From: the human T2T-CHM13v2.0 reference genome, Homo sapiens
DNA: 64,000 nucleotides
Reading direction: 5' to 3' (one strand)
NCBI RefSeq assembly: GCF_009914755.1
Contig: NC_060930.1
Under the pieces are notes generated by a model. The model was not told the DNA's origin. It did no database searches and saw only the letters and a program-made list of their open reading frames with translations. Made by a program: the position numbers and the translations under genes. Positions 31,132 through 45,399 of the stretch are shown here, piece by piece (the stretch's first letter is position 1; every line of letters starts with the position of its first letter).

Positions 31132-31674
31132 TTACCCTCCTCTTTAGGTGAAAGTACGTTGGCTAATTTTTTTTTCAGCCAACATTATGTTTTTATAATC
31201 AGAAAATGCAACATTTATTATGAAAATAATTCAATGAAAATGAGGTATAATAGTTTTAAATTACACATCTAGTATGACATTTAAAAATGTGTGGTATTCT
31301 GGTAATAATCATACTGGCACACAGTTCTGAAAAAAAAAATAGAAACCAATAATAAAACTTTTCCTAAGCCATTATGACCATGTTATTTTTTCCTCCAGAT
31401 CAACTGGTATAGATTATTATCTATGTCATAATAATCTGTTATATAAAATGCAAATTAAGTACATTTTTATTTAAGAAAATTACAAATGTTACAGTTTGGT
31501 ACAAAGTTATTGTCAGAGCCACTTAATTTGAATACATGTTATTTGTAGAAACGGCAATTGACTGTGTAGGAATTATGGCAAATTGATTGTAGTCTTTGTG
31601 GAAAAGGCTGGAGAATGCCACCTTCTGAAATCAAACCTAGTAAAAGTCAACACATTATAACAACTATGGTCATA

Positions 31675-31905
31675 ATAACTACAATTTATTGATCCCTTAC
31701 AATGACAGGCTCTGAAGTAAGCACTTTATACCCTTTATCAGATAATGCTTAAAACAGCTGTGTATAATAGTCACCTATACATCTGTATCAAAATATGGAA
31801 GCTCCTAGGGTTGCAAAGGTTTCATCTGGGGCCACCAGCCTGTAAGTATCATAACAAAAGTTCAAATCAAGTTTCTCTACTGTCTGAGCTATTGTCTACT
31901 AGGCT
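31675..31905 (-). mobile_element. MIR SINE
   Basis: aatttattgatcccttacaatgacaggctctgaagtaagcactttata... Confidence 0.6.
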
Positions 31906-32159
31906 ACATACTAAGCTTTGTCTCTTTTAGAGGAAAACTACAGAAAAATAAACCATCAGATAAAATCATTTGTAAATATGTCACTGATGTTGACTTGAAA
32001 AATATGTACTTAGAAATCTAAGAGACCAGGGTATAACCTCAGGTAGACATGATAGGATCACATTTGATAGATATATAACTTCATTTCAATGCCTTGGGCA
32101 TGACCAAGTTGTGCAATTAGTAACCAGCAAGAGGTGGAGTTGACTTGAAAGTCCTTGCT

Positions 32160-33015
<856 letters not shown>

Positions 33016-33114
33016 ATTATCATTGTCTGTTGCTAATTTGAGCCCCCTTTCAATAAAACTATGACGTACACACACATATGCACACAAACAGACAGACAGA
33101 CAGATGTATATATC

Positions 33115-34060
<946 letters not shown>

Positions 34061-34226
34061 ACGCAAGGATGAATAGCTTGGTAACATTGAGGGAGGTCAA
34101 GTTAGTGGGGAGCTGCCCAAGGAGAACAGTAGTGAGGAAGAAAAACAACAAGAATCAGACAGGGACAGAGTGGAGGGCAGGAGGGAAAGTCATGCAGCTG
34201 AGAGGGAAGATATGAATACCATGGAA

Positions 34227-34491
34227 CGTTGGGAAGCCGAGGTGGGTAGATCACCTGAGGTCAGGAGTTCAAGACCAGCCTGGCCAACATGGTGAAATCC
34301 CATCTCTACTAAAAATACAAAAATTAACCCAGCATGATGGTATGCGCCTGTAGTCCCAGCTACTCGGGAGGCTGAGGCAGGAGAATCACTTGAACCTAGG
34401 AGGCAGGGGTTGCGACCAGCTGAGATCGCACCACTGCCCTCCAGCCTAGGTGACAGAGTGAGACTCTGTCTCAAAAAAATAAAAAATAAAA
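34227..34491 (+). mobile_element. 5'-truncated AluS
   Basis: Starts at about ttgggaagccgagg, lacking the first ~35 nt; TSD atgaataccatggaa/atgaataccgtggaa. Confidence 0.94.
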
Positions 34492-35392
34492 ATGAATACC
34501 GTGGAATTGGAGCTGTTCCCAGAGTATAAACCAATAAATGAACATCATGGTTCATAGTCTACTGTGTATTAGATAGCTCATGAGTTCGTCTCTTTAAGAA
34601 CTGAGTTGCTAAAATTTAGTTCCTGAACCTGTAAACATTTGGACTCATGGCAATTCTTACCACTTGGTGGCCATTCTCTTCAACATGTCTTTAGCCACAA
34701 AGCACTATTTGATGGAGAGAGTAAAGACATTCCATTTCTTCAGCTCCTCTTAAAGCTCCAAATGCCTCCAGGCCCCACCCATTCCCCCACCTCTCTCTCT
34801 TTCTAAACAGAGATTGGTTCTCACCATTTCAAAGGGTTTAGGTTGTTACTGTGGTTTAGTTTAGCTTTGCTTTGTTTTTTGAGGTCCACCTGTCGTATCT
34901 GTGACAGAATTTGCAGGAGGTACTCCAGTTGTGATCACTGGGAAGAAAATGCGGTGAAATCAGACTAACCCATAGTTCTCAGTATATCATTGCATGGCTT
35001 CTAAGGAACCACAATTTAAACAGTGCATGATAACCAGTATTAATGGATTATAGCCCCTAAATTGTAACAATTGTGACTTTGTAGACTCCTAAGTATCTTC
35101 TGGTTTGGGTAACCTTTCTATTATTTGCTTTCTTGGGATCTGTCAGTTACAGTGTGCATTTAGTCCCGTACGTGTGGCTGACATATCCTATCCTAGAGTG
35201 GCCACTTGTTTAGAACAGTTCTATTGATCCTGCATGTTCCCTAGGAGGAAACACAAGGCCTTGCTGAGAAGGCTCTCAAGCTTCACTCCCATGCAGTATA
35301 GTTTACATTTCTAGTTTTGTGATTTAGTTCTCATGGAGCCATAGGCCATAATTACTCAGCTGTAATGAACCTCACAATGCATCAATGCATTC

Positions 35393-35463
35393 TTCTCCAT
35401 TTATATTTGCTTTTATTTGAATGAAATAAATTCATTCAAATAAAAGCAAATATAAATGGAGAA
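35393..35463. repeat. Perfect inverted repeat, 33-bp arms, 5-nt spacer
   Basis: ttctccatttatatttgcttttatttgaatgaa - ataaa - ttcattcaaataaaagcaaatataaatggagaa. Confidence 0.97.
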
Positions 35464-35592
35464 TACATTCACAAGATGTTCACAAGAATTATAATAACAT
35501 AAATGAAACAAACATTTATTTTATTGAAATAAAAGCAAACATAAATGGAGAAAAATGCACTGACTATGGTTCATGACTGAACCATAGTCCTT

Positions 35593-35877
35593 ATTTATGA
35601 GACACAGTCTTGCTCTGTTACCCAGGCTGGAGTGCAGTGGCCAATCTCAGCCCACTGCAAACTCCACCTCCGGGGCTAAAGCAATCCTCCCACCTCAGCC
35701 TCCCAAATAGCTGAGATTACAGGCATGTACCCAGCTAATTTTTTTTTTTTTATTTTTCATAGAGATGGGGTCTCATAATGTTGCCTAGGCTGGTCTCAAA
35801 CTCCTGGGCTCAAACAATACTACTGCCTTGGCCTCCCAAAATGGTGGGGTTATAGGCATGGTCCACTGTGCCTGGCT
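35593..35877 (-). mobile_element. AluJ
   Basis: Old antisense Alu; TSD gaaccatagtcctt/gaaccatagccctt. Confidence 0.93.
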
Positions 35878-36217
35878 GAACCATAGCCCTTTTAAGCATT
35901 GAATGCATTTAAAATATTTTCATTGTTCTATCAATAAAATATCCACATTTAAATGCAGGCCTTATAATAATTAATACTACTCACTATTAAATACCAAATT
36001 AGAATTGATTCTCTAAAGTGTCTTCATATATTGTACATTGTGCTAGGTAATATGAGTTTTAATTGCTTAATATAAAATTACTTAATGGCACTTATAATTC
36101 TTGTGAACATCAGTATAAGTTTTAATAAAATGGTAGAAGCACATGGAGAAATGGTTCTTTGATTGTTAAAATAGTTCATTTTTATAAGGCAGGTAAGAAA
36201 TTAGTAAGTTAGATAAC

Positions 36218-36572
36218 TACATTAGTCCATTTGCATGCTGCTGAAAAAGACATACCCAAAAACAGGAAGAAAAAGAGGCTTCATTGGACTTACAGTTCCA
36301 CATGACTGGGGAGGCCTCATAATCATGGCGGGAGGTGAAAAGCACTTCTTACATGGCAGTGGCAAGAGAAAAATGAGGAAGAAGCAAAAGCAGAAACCCC
36401 TGATAAACCCATCAGATCTCGTGAGACTTATTCACTGTCATGAGAATAGCATGGGAAAGACCAGCCAACATGATTCAATGACCTCCTTCTGGGTCCCTCC
36501 AGCAACACATGGGAATTTTGGGAGACACAATTCAAGCTGAGATTTGGGTGGGGATATAGCCAAACCATATCA
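36218..36572 (-). mobile_element. THE1 (MaLR) solo LTR
   Basis: tacattagtccatttgcatgctgctg...gagatttgggtggggatatagccaaaccatatca; perfect 5-bp TSD ataac. Confidence 0.95.
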
Positions 36573-37689
36573 ATAACCCTGAGGAAAAAATGACAATGCT
36601 GGGATCCAGAAAAATATAGATGTTTTTGAATAAGGTTTTTGAATAAGAAAAATCTCCATATATACACAGTTAGATAAACCCAACAGAACATCCTTCAGTT
36701 TTGAAAGCCAAGGAAGCTTCATTGAATCCTGTGTCTGCATAAATGATCAGTGAAATTTCAAAATTCACTGATGTGCAGTCTTGCTTCACAAATGGACAAA
36801 TGGAGATGAACAGAGGCCAATGGCCATGGACATAGAAGGAGAAGGAGTTACAGACAGAATCCCAAACTCTCAATCCAGTTTCTCAAACTGTCCAGCATGT
36901 AGTTGCTATTGACTCAATTGTCCTTTGGAAAGGATGAAGTCTCAGATAGTCTCAAAGTTCACTTTACATAGTAACCCATTTTGTCTCCCCTCTAATATTT
37001 TGAAAAGGTAACGGCAACAGAAAAGGGTCCTCAGTTTTCTAGGAAGATTGACAAGAAGGAAGCAGCAGGAAGAGAAAGGCAGGAAAATCTTCATACTGGA
37101 TCATCCATTTCTAGCGATTATAGATAACAGAGTTGCTGATAAAGATAGAATTTCAGTCAACCACTAAGCAGATTCCCACTGAGGAACACCCTGGAGAAAC
37201 ACGAACAGTCAAGACAGAAGACCACCAGATGGCTGATCTTAATAACCCAATAAATACAAGAAAAGAGTGGCACTTCTACCCAGTTCTAAACGAACATCTC
37301 ATTTGTATGTTGTGTTCTGAGTTTTAGGGAAGACAAAAATGCCAATTCTAATTTACCTTTATTCACACTTTGCCAGGGATTCAAGGAAGGCAGAAAAAAT
37401 TGTACAAAATAATCTTTTGTTTTTGTTCCCTTCAAGATTCTCTTTTACTCTTTTTGTTCCTTATGCCATCACTCCACCACAACCATACTACAGACTTCGC
37501 AACTGCTGTCTCAGCCTTTGAAACACCTAAACTTCAACATGCTGAGATTACGCCTATTACGCTAATGAACTTCTACAGGAACGAACAAACGAAAAGGAAG
37601 TAATGCACCACCTCCTGTTTCTCAGCCATCACCACCTCCCAGGTGCTTCCCAGAGCAGTTCCCTGCTGCCACGGGGCTCCTGCAGGAGC

Positions 37690-37975
37690 TCCTCCCTGCT
37701 AGGCATGTCCTCAACCCCTAGTCATCAAGTCTAGCTCAGCCTCTGCATTTCAGCTCAACGTCTAATTTCCCAGCGTAGATTCCAGGCAGCCGCCCTGTTT
37801 CATGTCCTCTTAACATCCTCTGCTTTTCTATCTCATCTTCCTTCTTGACAAGTTCAAAGTCATGAGGACTGGATAGAGCTCCATCAAAGCAGGGAATGTT
37901 GATTTTATACACTGGAGCTGAGTGGGCAGTCTGGCACAGAGCAAGTGGCCAGTAGGATTACGGAATGCATGAACC
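37690..37975. mobile_element. L2 3' fragment
   Basis: tctagctc...gagctccatcaaagcagggaatg...gtctggcacagagcaagtgg...ggaatgcatgaa. Confidence 0.5.
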
Positions 37976-39445
37976 TTAATTTTCTATTCCTTTATTCCTG
38001 TCATTTCCTGTACCTCACAAAATGTTCCCAACCATGCCAACATCACCACCTGTGAAAATCCCACCACTCTTCCCTTGGGCCTCACCTCCATGAAGTCCTC
38101 TTTGATCACCTTTGTGTTTTCTGAACTCCATAAGCACTTTCTATGCGTGTTTCACATCACTCATGATATACTAACTTGTGTTATTTCCTCTGCCCTATTC
38201 ACAGAGGGAAGTCCTTGCATGGTCCTTCACATCCAATCTTATTAGCATTTAGGTCATGGCATAAAAATCATCGTTTGCCTACACGTCTCACTCCATCCCC
38301 AATTTTTCCCAAACTGTGAAAGCAGTGAATTCAATACTCGTTTTTCTATCTTAGTGCTTGGCACAGAAGAGATGCTTGGTAAGCTTTTTACTTGCTCTGC
38401 GGAATCTGAATTGCAGCCATTTTTGTGAAGTCTTCTCTACTCGGCTAGATTCCTACATCCTGAAAGTCAGTCTTTGTTTTCTGCATAGTGACTAGCACAA
38501 CAAATCAATGTGTTATAAAAGTTATCTACATTTCTTTCAATGGAAAGATGCAAATTTTAAAAACGATCTTTTGCTTTTCCACTCTTGAAACATAAACATT
38601 TTCTCTGTACCTTGTAAATAATACTTGCGTAAGATGATCACCACTGAAGTTATTTTCCCAAACCCTGAGTATTAAGGGGAATGATGACTGCCTACTTGAG
38701 GAAGCTCAGATGATCCGAAGATCCCAAACTATGTTCCTTTCTCCAAGAAACATTAGTGGAAGGGAGTGTTTCACCACATGTGGGTCAACAGTACGTGACA
38801 TCGTCTCAGTTGTGATTTGATTCTCCATATGCTTATAATTTCCATTCTAAATCTCAAGTTTGGTAAACTGGCTTTAAGGGATTTTTGCCACATATATCTT
38901 AAAAACTAAATTTTACTGTGGCTCTTGATAACTTTTTGAGAGCTAGCTTGACCTGAGTAAGACAGATGATAGCTCCTTAATGACCGCCATCAAGGCATGA
39001 TGAAGTGCGGGTCCCTGGGAGCCATCAATCACCTGCTGGAAGGACTAGGAGGGCTGTTTCCCGGCCGAGAAGCAGGCCTCAATCTCTTGGCCCATTACTC
39101 TCACGTCTTCCTTCTATTCTTCTCACTCCATTAGGCTCCTGTGTATCTGCACTGAGGCTATCTCAGAGTGACCTCCCATCTCTAATCCTTGATATTTCCA
39201 TTTGGGTCTAATGTACCATCTCGATTGAAACATTTGGGAAAGCTTACAGCGGTATTTAATCTTTCTTTGCTCTAGTTCTCAGAATCTCATTTATAAATCT
39301 ATTTGAAATTATCTTTTTTGTATCTATTACTATCTTTTCCAGTAGATCGATATGTACTCTCTCCTAATCTAAAACCTAGTGGTCTAGAAGCACACCTCTT
39401 TCTGAGTAATTGTGATTAAGTGCTTTGTTGTTTCTTTGTTTTCAG

Positions 39446-39538
39446 GGCCTTTGTCTAAACCTGCAATGCAACCATCAACACAGCCTCGGACTGACACGTT
39501 TGGCTTTTGAATCATTCTATGGAAAGGCAAAAAACGAA
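39446..39538 (+). other. Candidate 93-nt internal exon (lncRNA or unknown transcript)
   Basis: tgctttgttgtttctttgttttcag|GGCC...CGAA|gtaaga; frame 0 is open (GLCLNLQCNHQHSLGLTRLAFESFYGKAKNE) but I do not recognise the peptide. Confidence 0.4.
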
Positions 39539-41909
39539 GTAAGACTTTTGAAGCCTCTGGGGTTTATAAACCGGTATAAAATTCCTCATATTTGAATATG
39601 TTGTAGTAATATGCATGATTTTGTTCTACTGCACATAAAGTGCGATACAAACTATAGAACAGAAGATCGCAGATCATCAAGTGTAAAAAACAGCTGACAT
39701 TCACCTTGACTAGGAGTTTCCTAGAACAGGGAAGCAAGAAGTATGTATTTTGGAAGCTGCATATTGCTGGAAAGATGGCGTCATAGACTAAACCAAGGTC
39801 ATGTTCTGTGATAGCAGTGTGAACACTGTTATTTCACACGTGCAGATTCTCTGCTACAGCCGCACTGGTTCTGGCACCTGGTTTTCTTCCTCTGGAGATT
39901 ATTTTTTCATGTAGCAGTTTACAAGGAATCTTTAACACTACCATGAAGAAGATGGCTGTTAATTCAATTTTCCACCAGGTTATAAAAGAGCCCTGATGAA
40001 AAAGAAGTTATGTCATGGTTATCTCACAGAAAAAGGAGAATTAAATTAAGCTTAGGGTTCATACCATCATTGACACTTTTTTCCATGGGAAACTAATGCG
40101 TTTTCATATACAAACGAAATTTTGATTCAAATTTGCAAAATTTAAGCTAATTCTGTAATAAAAATCTATCTTCTAATTTTAACCTTAACAATTAAAAAAA
40201 AAAAACAAGAAATTTTTTGTTATCAAGTATTCAAAACTTGGTTTAGAAATAAGCTGTCCTTGAGTCTGAATGCTGGATTGGGTTTTTGAAAAATGTTCTA
40301 AGAAAACTTTCTAGTTTGTCACCCCAAATTGCATGTCAGACAACAGAGAACACTTTGTCACGCTTAGACACCATTCAATCACAATCTGAGTTTGACTTCA
40401 AAGTTTTCACAATTCAATTTTGTTTAGAATTAAGAAAACATGACTGTGGGGACCAACGTAAGGGCAGGCAGAGCATTTCTCTTCAGCCAAACACCAGGGC
40501 AGAAGGAAAAGGGGAGTGAATGAGTCCATTTGTCCTTTACCTCTGTTTTCATTTTCCACTCTCTACATTTAAGTGTCCAGCTGCTCTTTGACCACAGTGG
40601 GACCCCTCAAAGCCACAAAGGCTGGAATTGCTTAAATATATATTTGGAGATGCTTGTGCTGATAGTTATTGTACAGTGCAGACGAGCATGGGCAACACAA
40701 GAATATGGAGCCCACGGCTCTCATGCTGTGCAAATGAAGACCGTCATTTGTGACTATCTCAGGGACACTTTTCAATCCAAGAGCATTTCTTAAAAACAAA
40801 AGCAAACCAACCTTTTATTGTTATTAGACACCAGAAAAAAAAAAACCCAAAACATACAGTTCACACATGAAACCATCCTGAGAAATTCTGAGTCTCATTT
40901 TCTGTGATTCTAATGAAGTCTAAAACAACAATAAAAACAGACAAAAGAAATACAGATTCCTTGGAGGATAGTAATTTGATCAAACTAAAACATTATTAAG
41001 AAACTTTTTGGACATAAAATACGGAAATGACTTCTGACATAAATCACAATTGCTCAGTATTAGGAGACTTATTTGCTATTAATTTTGTTTCAGTCAACAT
41101 CTCTCAACAACATGAAATCAGAGGTGCAGACCATGAATATTAACTTTCATTCAAACTAACGTTCCAGTTGGCATATACTGAGCCTAAGAGGGGGAAAGTG
41201 TGAAAAATAGATTGCATGTTGAGTAAGATGAAAACACTCTATTTATTATACTGAGTTTAATAGTTACATTATTTATTATAGTTCAGGGGATAGTTTTAAG
41301 TATCTAATTTCATTTGAAATAAATCTTGGAGTTATTGTAAGAGGTGTTACGCTACTTGTTCTGATAAGAAAAAAAATGTTTGATGTATAAGAGTTGAACT
41401 CCAGTCAAAATCAAATAATCTAAAAAAGAAAATGTTATTTTACATAACACTTCAGGTAAATTCTGCCTCTCAAAAATAGATGATATATAAAAAATATTAT
41501 AGCTTGTGTAATAGGAAATCAACACCCCTCAATAAGAATTTCTTTAAAATGACCTTGGTCATTTATTACTTTAAAGAGATCACTTAAATTTTCTTTCTTT
41601 TTTATTTGAGTAAATACCCCCATCCTAAACCCTACTGTGTGACTGTCAGGTGTGAGGGAACAGGCAAGGTTCTTGCAGTTGGCTAAGGGGCACCTCATTA
41701 CCAGAAAAGCACCACTGAAACCACAGGTCTCGGAGGGGAGCGTTGGATGACAGTGGACCTCAGTGTTACGAGTTAGGATTCGGAACTCAGAAATAATGCT
41801 CAGGCACTAGGACTTCAGGGTTTTCCTTAGCCTATGTGTGCCCAAGTAAGAGAAACACACATCCCCCAGTACACATACAAACACAAATTATTGTTTTAAG
41901 TTTTTAAGG

Positions 41910-42116
41910 CCAGTGTGTCCAATCTTTTGGCTTCCCTGGGCCACATAGGAAGAAGAATAATTGTCTTGGGCCACACATATAATACACTAGCACTAAAAAT
42001 AGCTGATGAACTAAAAAAAAAAAAAAAAAATCTCATAAGAGAGTTTACAAATTTGCGTTGGGCCACATTCAAAGCTATCCTGGGCTGCATACGGTGCCGT
42101 GGGTTGAACAAGCTTG
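41910..42116 (+). mobile_element. MER30 (hAT-Charlie MITE)
   Basis: gtgtccaatcttttggcttccctgggccacat...gggttgaacaagcttg; 8-bp TSD ttttaagg/gtttaagg. Confidence 0.92.
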
Positions 42117-42929
42117 GTTTAAGGTATCATAGGTAAATTATAAAATGAAGATCGACACAGAATAACTAAAGTCTTATGCCATATCCAAAGTTGAGTTAAT
42201 TTCACTAACGGAGAAAATCCTAATTGATTTCATCCCCTTTTTAATCTCAAGCATATATCCTTTGAGCTGACCGGAATTCTTTTTATAAAAAGGTAAGAAC
42301 TAATAGTATGCTCCCTCCTAAAATAACAGCGATTAGCATAAAGCTGAATTAGGTTCAGGTTTCTCTGTCTAAAGGAGAGTTAGGGTCAAGTTTGTATTTG
42401 TACTCTTAAAAACCAAGGGTAAACTTTACTGCTATTTAAAACTATCTACTAAGATTATCTTTAAGGGTATAAATATTAATTAATTAAGAATATATTAGGA
42501 ACACTGCTATTTTAAGTTCTAAGTACATGGATATTTTGTCTAAGTGATAGAAATTCAAAATTTTAATAAACTTAAAATATATAAAATAAATTATATATAG
42601 GGTCCAAAATACTGTCAAAACCTTGACTTTAGAAAATACAGGAGTCAGAGTTTATATTTAGCTGCATTGTGAAAATGCAATCCAGAAAAATGGTTTTAAG
42701 AGAGAGTGAAAGAGTTGAGCTCACACTGAACACTTAACTTGAGCTAGCTATTGTCATGGTTAGTGCTCAAACCTTCAGTCCCTTCACTTAACAGGCATTT
42801 AGTTGGTGTTTATTAAATACAGAAGAAAAAATATAGTTGGATATGATGCTTCCTTTTCCTACCTTGATAAGAATATCTTTGGGTATTTATGATCCTTAAT
42901 TCCCTGTTTAAATACAAATTTAGCTACAC

Positions 42930-43870
42930 TCCAAATATCTGCTATGTGGTACCCTTTCATTGTTGTTTGTTCCCTTATTTCCATTTAGATCTTAACATTG
43001 ACTCAGTGATTTGAATGTCCACGTGTAACAGATTTTTAGAGTTATATTTTTGCTATTGATAGTTAAATTTCTTAATGTCCTAAAACACGACCAGTTGTTG
43101 ATATCCTCCAGTTGCCGAGTGACTCTCTCCTGATGTCGTGGGCTCACTGGTGGTATGAATCGGACGCGTCCTTCCTAAGCTTGTACTGCAGGAGCCCTCA
43201 GCTCCACAGAGAGCTGTGTTACTCTCTCTCCCACCATGGTGTTAAATTTATCCACATATTTTGTTAATTCTGACAATGTTTCCTTAGTACATTTTGAATC
43301 CGTGTTACTAAGATCATACCATTTTAAACTGCTTTATCTTCCTGCGTTACTAAACCTTTCTAATCCTCAAAACCTCAAAAGTCTCCTTTTCCTGGGATGC
43401 TGAACATATTTTTCCTCAAAACCTCGCATGTCTCCTTTTTTAGTAATGTTTCCACCCTCTCCTGAAAATCTACTTTATGTGCAATTAAAATGGTATCAAC
43501 AGCATTCTTGAGTTAATACTTGCCTGGATTATTACTTTCCATTCTTTTACTTTCGATGTTTTTCTGCTCACATGTTTTAGGTATGTCTTTTGTAACCTGC
43601 ATAAAGCCAGATTCTGTTCCTTTAACCCAGTCTAAGAGTCATTGTCTTTCACATTTCAGTTAGTGCATTTCCATTTCTTTTCATTTCTGTTACATGAGGT
43701 TTTACTTGTGCCATTTTTGTGTGCACTACTTAAGTTGTCCCATTTTCCTATATTTCACCCCCTCTCTTTTTTTTTTCATCTCTCAATTTGGCATTTTGTA
43801 TTTCAGTTCTATCCCTTGAATGGTTATACTAGACAATGTAGGTTCACCTCTAACTTTGAGGGTTTAATGT
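42930..43870 (-). mobile_element. Old L1 (L1M) fragment, ORF2 5' region
   Basis: Antisense endonuclease-region motifs: ttaatacttgcctggattattactttccattcttttactttc and ttttaggtatgtcttttgtaacctgcataaag. Confidence 0.65.
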
Positions 43871-43942
43871 TGACAATGACTAGACTGACCAAGTGACTGG
43901 TCCAGGAATTGCTTCCCAGGAGGTCCCAAGCCTGAGGTTCCA

Positions 43943-44930
43943 ATAAGGGCGGGGAAGATAATGACCTTGGCACAGGGACCATGACCTTTGAGGACATGAC
44001 TGGCTGTCTCTCCTGGAGAAGGGGCTTCCTACCAGGCCCAGAGGAGCGTGGTCCATGCGGAGCACTGAAGACCTTTGAACTCGAGCCCTCGCTGGGACTT
44101 GAGGCCACTCCCACCTCCCCCCAATCACCGTGGCCACACAGCTGGAGTTGATGAGAAGCCAGGGTACTGAACAGCAAGGACTCGAATCCAGCCAAGACAG
44201 GGAGGCCCAGCTCTGAACCTATAAACACATGGTGTTCGGAAAGGCCTGGAGAAGCAGCAGCCATTATTTACTGCCAGAAAATTCACGAGGCAAGTCCCAT
44301 ATGTGTTAGGAGTGTGAGGAACCACACACGTCCTACAAGTGCTGCAATGACAAGAAAGCATCCAAAATTCCCCCCATTTGGCACCAGGATCTCCTATGCA
44401 AAGAAAGGTCTTTTCAGTGCAGGGAAGATGAGGAAACCTGGAGCCAAAGCTGTCGCCTCCTTCAGAATTCCAAAGTCCACACTGCAGAAGGGATTTGTTG
44501 GGGAAGCCAGGCTGAGAAAGTTCCCACTCATTCAGCATGGAGAATTCACACCCAGGAGAGGCCGTCTATGTGAGATTCTTCAGCCACGCTCAGGCCTTAA
44601 GCATCCCGAATGCTCACACTGGAGAGATGCCTGGTGAGTGCAATGTGTGAAGAAGCTTCATTTGTCACCCGGAACTTCACAGGCTAACGGGCCTCATGAG
44701 CAAAGCCAGCGTGGGGGACTTTCTGCCGCAGGTACACCCTCGGGAGTGCACATCAGAGATGGTCTTAGGGCTGCTGTGCACGCGCCTCCGCATCCTCGTT
44801 CAGGAACAATGTGTTCCTGCCTGAGAGGCGAGCAGGAGCGTGGCCTTTGTGAGAAAGGCTTCGGTCATGATGCAACCCCATGTCCAGAGCACCCATGCCA
44901 AGGGCCACAGAGTTGTGAGGCCTTCGGGGG
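43943..44930 (+). pseudogene. Decayed processed KRAB C2H2 zinc-finger pseudogene
   Basis: Frameshifted relics in the correct order with no introns. KRAB-A: MTLAQG/MTFEDMTGCLSW (43961-44016), QAQR, LKTFELEPSLGL (44065-44100). KRAB-B: VATQLEL (44130-44150). Finger and linker relics: ERSFQCREDEETWSQSCRLLQNSKVHTAEG (44403-44492), LIQH/RIHTQERP, AHTGEMPGECNV*RSF (44612-44659). The 3' boundary is uncertain. Confidence 0.85.
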
Positions 44931-45329
44931 CGATGATGGACTTTCTGACCTTCCCTGGAACCCAGGGTGAGTTGTCACCCCCAGGGCTGATGGGAAGAAG
45001 CCTTCCTTCCTCTCCATCCTGGTGGGGCAGCTGCCGCCCCCACATGATCAAAGAACGCAGCCTCTAGTGTCACCCACACTACCCTGGAGCAAATCCAGAC
45101 TGTCCTGTGCACAGAACTGGCCTAATCTGGACAAGGGGACCCAAGGGGTGTCAGCTGGAAGCTTCTGGGCAAGGCTTCCTTGTCCCATGGATTTTAAAGT
45201 CTCTATGTGACAGCTGTGATGGCTTCAAACAGCCTATGAGTCCCCTTATTTGTGGACTGTGGTATCCAAAGTGGGCAGAAGTTGCCCTAGAACAAATCCC
45301 CCAAAGATACCAGGAATGACTGTGTTATT

Positions 45330-45369
45330 AGATGAGATCGGGCACGTTCAGGGTGGTATGGCCGTAGAC
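45330..45369 (-). pseudogene. 3'-truncated, tailless 5S rRNA retropseudogene (nt 1-40)
   Basis: Minus strand GTCTACGGCCATACCACCCTGAACGTGCCCGATCTCATCT is 38/40 identical to the human 5S rRNA 5' end, with both differences being CpG transitions. Flanked by a 17-bp TSD aggaatgactgtgttat / aggaatgactgtattat. Confidence 0.95.
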
Positions 45370-45399
45370 AGGAATGACTGTATTATCAAACTCTATCCT

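Noticed and set aside
43940-43955. CCAAT plus GGGCGGGG promoter-like motifs before the KRAB relic
   Set aside because: Better explained as the decayed N-terminal codons (MAAA-like) of the retrocopy.
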